From the NCBI GenBank assembly GCA_041661745.1, contig JBAZTR010000002.1:4368-68367 (forward strand): a DNA stretch of 64,000 bases. The letters run 5' to 3'. Within the stretch, counting starts at the first letter, position 1. Every line of letters begins with the position of its first letter. Under the pieces are notes generated by a model. The model was given only the letters and a program-made list of their open reading frames with translations. It had not been told where the DNA came from and ran no database searches. The stretch is from Patescibacteria group bacterium. Lineage in GTDB: Bacteria; Patescibacteriota; Patescibacteriia; UBA9934; GWF2-40-263. Position numbers and translations under genes: made by a program. Below, piece after piece: positions 19,301-26,170 of this stretch.

Positions 19301-20870
19301 TATAAGAACCGTTTTCGTCGTTGGTTTGATCGTATTTGCCATCGGCAGCAATTAATTTAATCGGGCCGCTTTCGGCTTCGTCTTTTAATTGAATAATCAC
19401 TTGGCTATCACTCCAAGCTTCCACGCATTCCTCGCTGGAGTAAGCCGAATGACTAACTTCGGTCGTTGTCCCTAGAAAGACAACACTGCCCGGCGCTTCA
19501 CCAAAGCCTTGGCCAGAAATAGTAATTAAGTTACCAGGAGCGCCATCACCGGGCGAGACGGCTTCGATTTCCACTTCCTCTTCGCAAACACCATCAACAC
19601 ATGATCCGGAAGAGCAATCAGAGCTGTCAGTACATTCTTGGTTTTCGCAAGCGCCGCAATAAGAATCCGCCGATGAACTGCCACCACAATCAATCCCACT
19701 TTCACTTTCGTCTTGTACACCATTGTGGCACGAAGCGGCCCGTAACATCACGCTAATTTCCGCATCAACATCGTTACCGGCGCAATCAGAACCCTCGGCC
19801 AAAATACTATGGTCATCGTTGGTAAAATATCCGGCCGTGTCCCATTCGCTGTCAAAATAACCATCACCTTCGATGTCATTAACTGTGCTATTAATTCCGG
19901 TATCAATATAGAAATCAACCGAGGCTACCCCAGTATCATCAACCGCATATGCTTGAAGCATAGCGGCTTCGTCAGCGTAAACTGACTCGCCATCATCAGG
20001 CGCCGTAATTTCAAAAACCGTTGGCGCGGCTAAATCAAACCCCGTGCCCGTGGTAAAAGTAAATTCACACGGGTAAGCGGTTGAGCATTGAAGATCATAA
20101 CCACTGGAGCTTTGCAAAGCCGAACTGATGGTAATGTTATAGGTCGTTTCCGCTTCAAAACAATTAACTGAATAATCATCTTCGGCAAAACAGATTGCCT
20201 CAGGAGTAAAAGTAAACGAAGTGGCGCTGGCCGTGGTTGAGCGTCCAACCGCGGCAAAAGTGCCAGCCACTTCTTCCCCACCCTTGCTGATAGAAATGCC
20301 GGTGCCATCAACAACATCTTCCGTGGCTACGCGCTGACTGAAAATAAAACGCAACTCCAAATTTTGCAAACTTGAAGCGCAATCGGTATTAACACTGGTT
20401 AAAACAAAGGAATGGGCGTAATCAGGAATATCGCCACCGCCGCCCCCGCCGCCAACTTCAGTCCCGACGCCGCCACCAATTGAGCTAGTTAGTCTTGATA
20501 AAACAAATTGAGCGATGGTAAAAGAAGAAAGCATTATCAAAAGTCCGATAAGGCCGTTCTTTAAAACTTTTTTAGCTTTGGCTATTTTTTCTTCTTCACC
20601 ACCGGCCGTGACCCACAAAAAGCCAGCGTACAAAACAACAATTACCGCAACAATTCCCAAAAAGCCCAAAAAGGTTCGAATCGCTCGGGCAATCATTAAA
20701 ACCAGACTGCCGCTAGCCAAACCGGACGAGGCGGCAAAAGTTTCGCTATCGCCGCCAAACATTTGATTAGCGGTGAGAGTTTCGGCCAGAGCCGGAGTAA
20801 CAAACAAAAGGCCAAGGGCCACGCCTAATCCGACAATTATTAATAAAGATAAGAGACGATTTTTTTTCAC
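10305..20870 (-). CDS. Giant (3521 aa) surface protein: signal peptide, VirB2/TrbC-like pilin domain, Ig-like and IPT/TIG domains, CGDG Cys-rich repeats, vWA domain, TSP3 repeats
   Basis: TPALA cleavage site; FLGFLGIVAVIVVLYAGFLWVTAGGEEEKIAKAKK; four SPxxGxxGxxxTIxGxGFG-type units; many CGDG..GEECDDGN; DIVFVTDLSGSM..TPL..IILLSDGDPN; DGDGVLDFNDNCP. Confidence 0.85.
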   Translation of the reverse strand: MKKNRLLSLLIIVGLGVALGLLFVTPALAETLTANQMFGGDSETFAASSGLASGSLVLMIARAIRTFLGFLGIVAVIVVLYAGFLWVTAGGEEEKIAKAKKVLKNGLIGLLIMLSSFTIAQFVLSRLTSSIGGGVGTEVGGGGGGGDIPDYAHSFVLTSVNTDCASSLQNLELRFIFSQRVATEDVVDGTGISISKGGEEVAGTFAAVGRSTTASATSFTFTPEAICFAEDDYSVNCFEAETTYNITISSALQSSSGYDLQCSTAYPCEFTFTTGTGFDLAAPTVFEITAPDDGESVYADEAAMLQAYAVDDTGVASVDFYIDTGINSTVNDIEGDGYFDSEWDTAGYFTNDDHSILAEGSDCAGNDVDAEISVMLRAASCHNGVQDESESGIDCGGSSSADSYCGACENQECTDSSDCSSGSCVDGVCEEEVEIEAVSPGDGAPGNLITISGQGFGEAPGSVVFLGTTTEVSHSAYSSEECVEAWSDSQVIIQLKDEAESGPIKLIAADGKYDQTNDENGSYISDFEVNETVRPGLCSIDPESGEAGSAVTLHGINLGESSTDATLYFDSYEAASYSDWSTTSFGAVSPLLDAGIFDIQLFTGSGDAREGSNELQFVTTSVTEEELPVISQVDPEEGPIGQYLTIYGSGFGTSEGTVRFVSQSTDYEALGDTNFPDECEDSFWSDTEIIIKVPAKYSNTNSVDAITHDLYIQRAEDGLKSEAVNFVVTTGEAAPGFCAIVPNSGPVGTAVTLYGEGFGTTVGSISFFNDQTATTDDWTSGAIGETTGVVVPADTNSGPVIVIDSDAQKSNKVNFTVGVCNVDFSCGSGETCCASGACSATECVDPETVSHYAYYFSTGDIPEAPDVRIECDETWVSPTPWEGWDGGTKICSNAALSVSFTEDMDALSYSTAGFLVEQCTDKTCSDTAAVEMESSPTSYNESGFTWIPASDWAADTRYRVTVYGGEVGTIQSIEGLVMLEDVIWEFETAASGDACEIGGVIVSPGEKTSNIQNEEIAYSAAPTSSEYQCTVLDCSPYTWNFSSSDSSKASVGSVVGCGAMVIAEEETGTDGPVAINAQPDGYSVSDDGYLTISFTDPKITDYWPSCTEACLDAEIGATFNIPMAAGTFSGTDSGGEQIVRLFSCEDPGCAPDELVEISSVASSYDDETDILTIVPPGNLLIDTSYRVIISGEAESESGSLLSEAAGDLAWYGDLSWTFTTKAEACTVDRVEVEPNEATATRVGTIQRFTAVPYGSPDACSAEGQRLIAAGYTWETWVAIDETDELPTANIADLVGGGAIMISNNLADGCSLDCLHIGTETPIAVCGDGEIDFGEDCDGTEGCSSSCLRLGSGGSYSTPSVCGDGAVGIGEECDELGNTSNNDGCSSICLNEGASSLGYDCGDGLVAHSNMIGGEECDYGEDKAAYNCSANCLNEGSETIDNFYGVCGNGSDPEHGEDCDDGNTTDGDGCSSSCLNEGSSSSYSIPSACGDGEIGTGEDCDDGNTTDDDGCSSLCLSEGSDEDYGSICGDLDLETEAGEECEASGVTSVAPFTIAEISEEAPQEVLASGENIAITSIVATEGSSEAEGSATFTLECSCVSDYNCDTSGITYGCGDAACCFKRPAITDYYPVAGSTGVCRNTSVYMDFDQTMDAGGLNDSRALYLEFVSIGTGPTAIAVDETNCPTTYTTLLIARNDSGDNLFSRAWGWLAQNVLRILGVHAETFGACLVPVSYTLSELGDGSRIDLDFSQALESGTYNLVALGESAGDPLDNIVEGVVNTNGVAIYDGEIVNFEVGTEICALEMVSVEDTGKTELKDIFDEPSAYLFTESGEEHTLLAASYTLDGASAEEIQEIDDYSWTWGWGDESAETVIEVINVDDVTTTVTSSGVNGEELASASATVVSDGTIVTGSAELEANMCETLWPNPMTAAFPYLEDYSNFSFYYCRDQEGSDNLPELIEVEPPVTPSGVDILQERLFLIDGTSDAIGVRVFSNEDYLSPSAWFDVQGFSGSPSETTVDGYEAVQDGNTYYVSAANYSSSSVTNYPNIYVISYNEGAGEETDAIVEQVLENWKFNAGLNSSGDLEVSDINVCVSDGDYAVNAEGDYVSCVSNLDCISELSDASAFCDAEKGKLRRNMVRLTDARKIASDLAAYGEENRHCSVTKGQDCSEDDDCPGDDETCMAEVPEIQSGTFLSAFSTSTWPSWNAELGNALGTAIPTDPLNEFYCPGYTDQTYCWDSTAGTFSCSEDSNTYLYQSIGGEEYILSVQLEDSPGDYWAYPIDDDSTDNATVYAEFANAEDVANGFRIDSEFCNGSNLGTSTRCGDGVRGLSEICELGNTDTISCTYDSDDDGIDDNNGTMDAPCLSDCSDYMDESEAEAAGGSCSPYECGNGVLDPGETCDDGTNNGEYGYCDSDCGLDNAWYCGDGYLAGGEECDCGSTANWTDVHADTSSWSTINSCADANGIYDADAAHTCAYDCSYPGPSCGDGEVNSDESCDGNSEAWNGALCGAADNYATCTTDADCDETDCGTVYAACPISAVCDGGDRDNEECSEDADCTGGGDCKTSFEYQLSRYRTCDDGTGGACGWNTWSACLGGTQICGNGSVEGDEECDDGNDDNTDDCTAECKFNICGDDAVYAGHETCDDGLENGTVCSPDYSGTCNYCNVNCQYTTMSGSYCGDGVMQTGEFCDGSDLPKYCYLAGTNPDERGISTSACETDADCDTDNNYHCLEQVGVCNGGWRQASVCGDFICTLDGYYDYNGAPCVAGTGSSGYDCGIDSSGGTCMVADCGATCSATCPFSYSTTSVSIQTELAGATEETSADLYSYNSGDSPDTASIFLPACSVGTSLTADIDTTNIIPLDVDIVFVTDLSGSMSSTKIEATVNSISSAIQELFNAFDDYSNLQIGLVSFTNTLEDGSDHNNDGAITLADACITNSAGTTGLAWIDSDLTTNESQLIYGEYSVESYSTRTGGSTPLSAGLQCAANILEDSEADDQIIILLSDGDPNVLIDSSTYTSAYKYYEEIQDIRNAAIANGIEIYTAALMTTDALIGKMAHWSSDSCLENDPSETAYSNVADCSVTDDIEYAFSASSSDDLDEMYQQIADSIIGLTMTFTTDFAGETTLTSDEVFDGDDVVIPFPEGFGCDTENEWNIPFRISFSGEGTVNISDIKLSYCPASSASVGTGASSTIDSDGDGVLDFNDNCPNDANEDQADANLNEIGDVCEGAAGSVGSVGGGETLADTDGDGIVDVEDNCPSVVNVSQADADSDGIGDACDSGCGDGGIDTADGEYCDGGDFPKYCVNFDEDPSLRDIYALGSDTGCDAGYAENYGNILGICSGGTTGGYDFDSAVCYTSTSWSEAMCGSGADAGVCKANTCDGTCSTDTLSAYLPVCGDSIIDGGESCDETAFEDIYCVRGATNPASRVIKLASSCTDTATCDCSLFGPGYSAMAADDLGICDGGSRRLILPPVLYDYTNRLCVVGSSSASLYCGVTSGVWGTTAGTCVANTCGDDCDSSSIEDMFFP

Positions 20871-20874
20871 AAAA

Positions 20875-22749
20875 TTATTGGCCTAAAATTTTTGTACTTT
20901 CTTGAGTATAACAAGGTGAGCCACTTGAACTGCCGTTGCAACAGTAGGGTTCTGTTTCCGTGGCGCAATCAGGCGAGGTGTTTAATTCGTTCTCTGGCCC
21001 AAACGATGGGAACATACAAATCTGATAAGCGCTTTGAACATCGTTGGTGATAACCGGGTAGTAATAATATAAGGTCGTTGAACCATCTTCGTTCTCCACA
21101 CTCTCCCACAAAGTTCCGTGATCAATGGTTGTTTTGGAATTACCGCCTTCTAAAGTTTCACTACTTAACGAAAACCACACATTTTGATATGCCTCGGAAG
21201 GATCGGCTGAATTGTAATCGGATTCCAATCTAATGTTACTGGTATTTAGGGTGGCCGAGCGCATGGCAATATCAAAAGTAATTTCAACTTCATCATCGAC
21301 GCCAAACTTATCGTTGTCTTCCAAAGAAGGAAACAACTCACTAATAACCGGTACCTCGTCATTGACTTCACTGGTGGTTACAAAATTCCAAGCATAATCA
21401 TCACCGGCTTCACCGTCGGTTGTGCCCCAGTCACCATCGCCGTCTAAAGAATTGCCGGCGGCATCAGCCAAACCATCAAATAAGCCGCTAACTGATACTG
21501 CCTGCGGTGCTTCGTCGCCGTTTACCGTGGCGGCCCGCGCCTCAACATTAATATTTTCGCCATACGGCAAACAATAAATAGTGTTGCCGCAAGGATCTTT
21601 GGCACATTCAAAAGTCGGAACAAACTCAACTGTCCGATACTGGTTGGAAATACTGGAGGCGCCATCAATATTTTCTCCAGTACCTTCGCTTAAAACGGAA
21701 AAATTAGTAAAAGTTTTGCCATCGCCATAGGTGCCGCTGGCCGCAACCGGATCCATGGCTTCACTAAAAGTTATTTGAACCACCACGTTGGGTGCCTCCG
21801 TACTTTCATCCACCGGTATAATCGAAACTACTGTTGGTGGGGTTAAATCAACCTCAGTCGAAACTTCAAAAGTCCACTCGTAACCACCATCTTCAGTGCC
21901 AGTAAAAGCGGCAACCGCTTCGCCATCGTTGTTAATTTTTTGAATTCCTGAGCCAAGAAAAACAGTATAACTAGTATCCTCAGTTGAGCTGCCTAAATAA
22001 TCAATCGGGGCAAAGACAAAAGTTTGCAAATCTTCGGTAAAAGAAACAACCACCTCAGTGCTACCCAAGGCAACATCGGCCGCGGTAACTCCTGTATCTT
22101 CATTAACTTCGTTGGTGGGATAAATCAAAACGTTTTCAGTGTTTAAAGCAAAAGTAGTCGAACCGACTTCCACGGCAGCGGCATAATCAGAAACAATGGA
22201 ATTGACGTCGATTACCTCTTTAAAGGTAACTGAAATGCGCGTGTTGCGAGGAATATCCAAAGCGTTGCGAGCCGGATAATGACTTTCGATTATGCCGGCG
22301 CCAAGCGAGCCGGACAACGGTTCGGAATAATTTGTTCCGGCTGTTGAAACTCCCCCGCCCATACCAGCCGCACTAAGCAACGCGTTTAAAACAAAGGTGG
22401 TTATGGCAAAAGAAGAAAAAATTATCAGCAAACCAATAACCGCATTTTGTAAAATCTTTTTGGCTTTTTTAATTGGTTCCTCTTCGCCGCGTGAGGTTAG
22501 ATAAAGGAAACCGGCGTAAAGAACCAAAAGCACGGTAAGAATACCCAAGACCCCAAGAATTGCCCGAATAATTCGCGCAATCAAAATTGGCAAAGAGGTT
22601 GTGGGCAAACCAGAAGCCGCGCCAACTTCTCCCAAAGAATCGTTGACTGCCGCGAAGACTGAATCGACCGGTAAAAATATCAAAATCGCCGCCAGACTTA
22701 GTCCGGCGACCGCGGCCCAAATCGCCGCTTTCTGCCATCGCTTTAACAC
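20875..22749 (-). CDS. VirB2-like pilin domain fused to bacterial Ig-like domains
   Basis: Signal (DSVFA); ILGVLGILTVLLVLYAGFLYLTSRGEEEPIKKAKK; PRNTRISVTFKEVID, APNVVVQITFSEAMD, VEITFDIAM. Confidence 0.82.
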   Translation of the reverse strand: MLKRWQKAAIWAAVAGLSLAAILIFLPVDSVFAAVNDSLGEVGAASGLPTTSLPILIARIIRAILGVLGILTVLLVLYAGFLYLTSRGEEEPIKKAKKILQNAVIGLLIIFSSFAITTFVLNALLSAAGMGGGVSTAGTNYSEPLSGSLGAGIIESHYPARNALDIPRNTRISVTFKEVIDVNSIVSDYAAAVEVGSTTFALNTENVLIYPTNEVNEDTGVTAADVALGSTEVVVSFTEDLQTFVFAPIDYLGSSTEDTSYTVFLGSGIQKINNDGEAVAAFTGTEDGGYEWTFEVSTEVDLTPPTVVSIIPVDESTEAPNVVVQITFSEAMDPVAASGTYGDGKTFTNFSVLSEGTGENIDGASSISNQYRTVEFVPTFECAKDPCGNTIYCLPYGENINVEARAATVNGDEAPQAVSVSGLFDGLADAAGNSLDGDGDWGTTDGEAGDDYAWNFVTTSEVNDEVPVISELFPSLEDNDKFGVDDEVEITFDIAMRSATLNTSNIRLESDYNSADPSEAYQNVWFSLSSETLEGGNSKTTIDHGTLWESVENEDGSTTLYYYYPVITNDVQSAYQICMFPSFGPENELNTSPDCATETEPYCCNGSSSGSPCYTQESTKILGQ

Positions 22750-22793
22750 ATGTTTTTTTGCTTAAGAAACTGTGTTTATTTTATCACAAAAAC

Positions 22794-22824
22794 AAAAAAA
22801 CCGCCCTTATTTTGTCGAGCGGTT
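22794..22824 (-). terminator. Intrinsic terminator after the small pilin gene
   Basis: Minus strand AACCGCTC-loop-GGGCGGTTTTTTT. Confidence 0.5.
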
Positions 22825-22832
22825 GTGGATAA
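22824..22832 (-). promoter_or_regulatory. Perfect DnaA box upstream of the pilin-fusion operon
   Basis: TTATCCACA on minus strand; extended -10 TGATAAAAT at 22786-22778. Confidence 0.4.
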
Positions 22833-22843
22833 TAATCTATTTG

Positions 22844-23194
22844 TTACGTTGCCAAAAGATTTATAAGCCATGACGAAGCCAATATATACAAAAAAATCAT
22901 CACCACAACCCCAATTCCCCCGGTTACTATCATACGCCGACTTTTAGACACGGTCTCATCACGCCCCGAAGACACAATGTATTTAAAAGCACCTTGTAAT
23001 ATGGTTAGAAGAAACAAAAGTCCAAAAAAAACCGCAGCCACTCGCAAGCTACGAAAAACAAATTCCATCGGCAGCATTGACGACGAGGCAAAAAAAGAAC
23101 CAGTCGACGAAACTGTTGTTTCATTCACCGCCGCTTGGTTTGATTGATTGGTCGCGTTAATTGATTTAACCACGGCCAGCAAAGTTTCCTTCAC
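22844..23194 (-). CDS. Small VirB2/TrbC-like pilin-family membrane protein
   Basis: Two hydrophobic helices around GAFKYIVSSGRDETVSKSRRMIVTGGIG, same pattern as the two adjacent fusions. Confidence 0.65.
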   Translation of the reverse strand: MKETLLAVVKSINATNQSNQAAVNETTVSSTGSFFASSSMLPMEFVFRSLRVAAVFFGLLFLLTILQGAFKYIVSSGRDETVSKSRRMIVTGGIGVVVMIFLYILASSWLINLLAT

Positions 23195-23197
23195 ATC

Positions 23198-23641
23198 TTA
23201 ACTTAAAATTTTTTCCAACAATTCTTTGACACGATTACCACCAGCCTGGCCAGCCACAGCTTTCATAACCGCCCCCATAGCCTTGCCCATGTCGGCTTTG
23301 GTCGAGATACCAACTTCGGTCAAAGCGGCCCGAACAGTCTTTTCCAAATCTTCATCGGACATTTCGGCTGGTAAATAACTCTCGAGCACGGCCAGTTCGG
23401 CCTTGCTTTTATCAATCAGGTCAGCGCGACCAGCTGATTCGAAAGACATCAGAGCGTCTTTGATCTGTTTAATCTGCGTACGAATAACCGCCAGCCCTTC
23501 TTCTTCCTTTAGTTCGTGCATTACTTCTATTTGTTTGTTTTTTAGGGCAGAACGCAACATTCTAAGAATAGAAAGGTCAATTTCCTTTTTTTCCTTCATG
23601 GCCGAAGTAAAATCGGCGTTTATTTTTTCAAAAAGTGTCAT
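23198..23641 (-). CDS. yqeY: GatB/YqeY domain protein
   Basis: SAMKEK..ILRMLRSALKN, ELAVLESYLPAEMS, DMGKAMGAVM; follows rpsU as usual. Confidence 0.9.
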   Translation of the reverse strand: MTLFEKINADFTSAMKEKKEIDLSILRMLRSALKNKQIEVMHELKEEEGLAVIRTQIKQIKDALMSFESAGRADLIDKSKAELAVLESYLPAEMSDEDLEKTVRAALTEVGISTKADMGKAMGAVMKAVAGQAGGNRVKELLEKILS

Positions 23642-23685
23642 ATGAAATGATTATAGCAAAAAGGCGGCCAAGGCCGCCAGTTTGT

Positions 23686-23937
23686 TTATTTACGATGGAG
23701 TTTATTTTTTTTCTCTTCTTCTTCAGTCAACCGACCTGTCTTTAACAAATATTCGCGGTGCGTGGCGGTTTCCAAACGACGCAAGGCACTCTTTTTCTGT
23801 GAGGTCTTGTTTTTATCTTTAGTGTGGAAACGATGTTTTTTAACTTCAAGCAAACGCCCGGAAAGCTGAACGCGCTTGGTAAAGCGACGCAACAGGGCAT
23901 CAAAACTTTCTCCTTTTCTTCGTTTAACTTCTAACAT
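23686..23937 (-). CDS. rpsU: 30S ribosomal protein bS21
   Basis: MLEVKRRKGESFDALLRRFTKRVQLSGRLLEVKKHRFH; rpsU-yqeY synteny; ATG at 23937. Confidence 0.88.
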   Translation of the reverse strand: MLEVKRRKGESFDALLRRFTKRVQLSGRLLEVKKHRFHTKDKNKTSQKKSALRRLETATHREYLLKTGRLTEEEEKKNKLHRK

Positions 23938-23941
23938 AATA

Positions 23942-23955
23942 ATCACCTTCCTTTC
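23942..23955 (-). promoter_or_regulatory. Extended Shine-Dalgarno of rpsU
   Basis: Minus strand GAAAGGAAGGTGAT-TATT-ATG. Confidence 0.7.
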
Positions 23956-23981
23956 AAAATTTCTACATTATCTTGCCTTTT

Positions 23982-25415
23982 TTACGCCGGAATGTCAAGG
24001 GTTTTAACTACTTCAAGCTTTTTCCTCATAATTTGGACGATTTTACCGGCATCAACGATTTCTTGCGCCCCTGATTCCATATCGCGAACAATAATTGTTC
24101 CATCAAGAACTTCCTTTTGACCAAGAATTAAGGTATATGGAACATTCAGTTTATTGGCAATTTCCAACTGGGCTTTAAGTGAGCCCTTGCCGAAAGCCTC
24201 ACGAACACTGATTCCCGACTGACGAAAATCTTCAAAAACCCGCAAACCAACACGACGAGCCGAATCACCAAGCTGAGCAAAGAAAACGTCGATCTTTTTC
24301 GCTGGCGGCTGAATCTTTAATTCCTTCATGGCCAAAATTATGCGTTCCACTCCCAAAGCCACACCACACGCCGGTGTCCCTTCCCGACCGCCCAAGAGCT
24401 CGATCAAACCATCATAACGACCACCGCCGCCAAGGGCGTTTTGCGAACGTTCGCCTTCGTCACCAGTCACCCAAACCTCGAAAACGGTTCGGTTATAATA
24501 ATCCAAACCGCGCACCAAATATGGGTCTAAGGCGTAAGGCGTGCCGGCTTCATCTAAAAATTCCAGGACCCGCATGAAATGATTTTTTGATTCCTCATCA
24601 AGCCAATCTAAAATTTGCGGGGCGTTGGCACGCACCGCCTGACACTGTTCCATTTTGCAATCAAGCAAACGCATGGGATTTTTTACCAAACGGCGTTTAC
24701 AATCATCACAAATTTGATTTCGCTTTGTTCGATAATACGAGGCGAGTTCAACTTTATATGTTCGACGGGTTTCTGGCGTGCCAATGGAGTTCATGCGCAC
24801 GGTTGTTTCCAACCCCATGCTTTTTAAAAAGTTGTAAACCATGACAATTATTTGCGCGTCGATGACCGCTTCGCTACTGCCAATTGATTCAAAACCAACC
24901 TGATTAAACTGACGATAACGGCCGGCCTGCGGACGATCGTAACGAAAGGTCGGACCAAAATAAAACATCTTGACCGGCTGTGACATGTTAAGCATGCCGT
25001 GGTTAATATAAGCGCGAGCCGCGGAAGCGGTCATTTCCGGTCTTAGGGCCACTTTGTCACCGCCCTTATCTTCAAAAGAATAAATTTCTTTTTCTACAAT
25101 GTCGGTTTGCTTGCCAACAGTGCGCACGAATAATTCTTCCTTTTCCAAAATCGGAAATTCAATTCGTTCAAAGCTATAAGATTCGGCAATATCCTCAGCC
25201 GCCCGGCGCAACCACTCCCAATAAACCTGCTCGTCTGCCAAAACATCACGAAAGCCGCGCAAAAGTTCCGGGGTTTTTCGCCCCTTGGGTTGTGGAACAA
25301 CAACCGGTACTTCTACTTTTTTCTTTAATTCTTCCGGTTCTTCCTCTTTTTCTTTTTCCTCGAGCTTAACCGGTTTACCTACCTTTTTAGGGGCAATGAT
25401 CTTTTTTAATGGCAT
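23982..25415 (-). CDS. hisS: Histidine--tRNA ligase
   Basis: LRGFRD, ALRPEMTA, FRYDRPQAGRYRQFNQ, LVRGLDYY, GGGGRYDGL. Confidence 0.97.
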   Translation of the reverse strand: MPLKKIIAPKKVGKPVKLEEKEKEEEPEELKKKVEVPVVVPQPKGRKTPELLRGFRDVLADEQVYWEWLRRAAEDIAESYSFERIEFPILEKEELFVRTVGKQTDIVEKEIYSFEDKGGDKVALRPEMTASAARAYINHGMLNMSQPVKMFYFGPTFRYDRPQAGRYRQFNQVGFESIGSSEAVIDAQIIVMVYNFLKSMGLETTVRMNSIGTPETRRTYKVELASYYRTKRNQICDDCKRRLVKNPMRLLDCKMEQCQAVRANAPQILDWLDEESKNHFMRVLEFLDEAGTPYALDPYLVRGLDYYNRTVFEVWVTGDEGERSQNALGGGGRYDGLIELLGGREGTPACGVALGVERIILAMKELKIQPPAKKIDVFFAQLGDSARRVGLRVFEDFRQSGISVREAFGKGSLKAQLEIANKLNVPYTLILGQKEVLDGTIIVRDMESGAQEIVDAGKIVQIMRKKLEVVKTLDIPA

Positions 25416-25418
25416 AAA

Positions 25419-26066
25419 TTACAAGTTATATAAGGGTGATTCAAAAAATCCAGCTCGCGAGGCAGGCAGACCGCGCAACCAAACGCGGCCGATAATTACC
25501 TCGGAAGTTATTGCTCCAAAAACCCTGGAATCAAGACTGGCATCGCGGTTATCGCCCATGACAAAATACTCATCGGAACCTAGAGTGGTCTTTTTTCGAC
25601 CCGGGGTAACCGTATCCTCCGGCAGATAAGCCGATTCGTCAAGAACCAAACCATTAGGATGCTCTTCGTTATAAATAATCACCAAACCGTTAGCGACCTC
25701 GATTGTTTCGCCCGGCAAGCCAATAATCCGCTTAATAAAAAACTCGGAAGGGTCATTAGGATAACGAAAAACTAAAACCTGGCCACGCTCTGGTTCGGAA
25801 AAACGATAACCTAATTCATCAATAATCAAATATTCGTGATCGTAAAAACTTGGCTCCATTGAAGCCCCTTCAACATAAAAGGGTTGAACCAAAAAATAAC
25901 GAACCGGAATTATTATAGCTAGAGCAATAACAACAATTTGGACAAATTCCAGAACAAACAAGATAACCGTTCCAGCCGGCGTGCCGAACTTACGGTGCCA
26001 AAAAGTGTCGTTATTATGCTCTTGATTACAGAATAATTTCATAGTATTGGCTACAAAATACACCAA
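25419..26066 (-). CDS. lepB: Signal peptidase I (start may be 26042)
   Basis: PFYVEGASMEPSF, FIKRIIGLPGE, YFVMGDNRDASLDSR. Confidence 0.95.
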   Translation of the reverse strand: MVYFVANTMKLFCNQEHNNDTFWHRKFGTPAGTVILFVLEFVQIVVIALAIIIPVRYFLVQPFYVEGASMEPSFYDHEYLIIDELGYRFSEPERGQVLVFRYPNDPSEFFIKRIIGLPGETIEVANGLVIIYNEEHPNGLVLDESAYLPEDTVTPGRKKTTLGSDEYFVMGDNRDASLDSRVFGAITSEVIIGRVWLRGLPASRAGFFESPLYNL

Positions 26067-26170
26067 TTAAAAAGAAAAATCAAGTTTTCAAGGAAAAGGC
26101 TAAAAAATAAAAATCGGCCCAGTCTTGAAACAGGACCGAAGGTAAAGTCTGCCCGCACCTGATTGTGCTC

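Noticed and set aside
10403-20766. Dozens of 60-190 aa ORFs overlapping the giant gene
   Set aside because: Shadow frames of a long biased-composition CDS; no motifs or credible starts.
7663-23194. Conjugative element or prophage interpretation of the pilin cluster
   Set aside because: No relaxase, VirB4/VirD4, integrase, att sites or phage genes; it is flanked by core genes.
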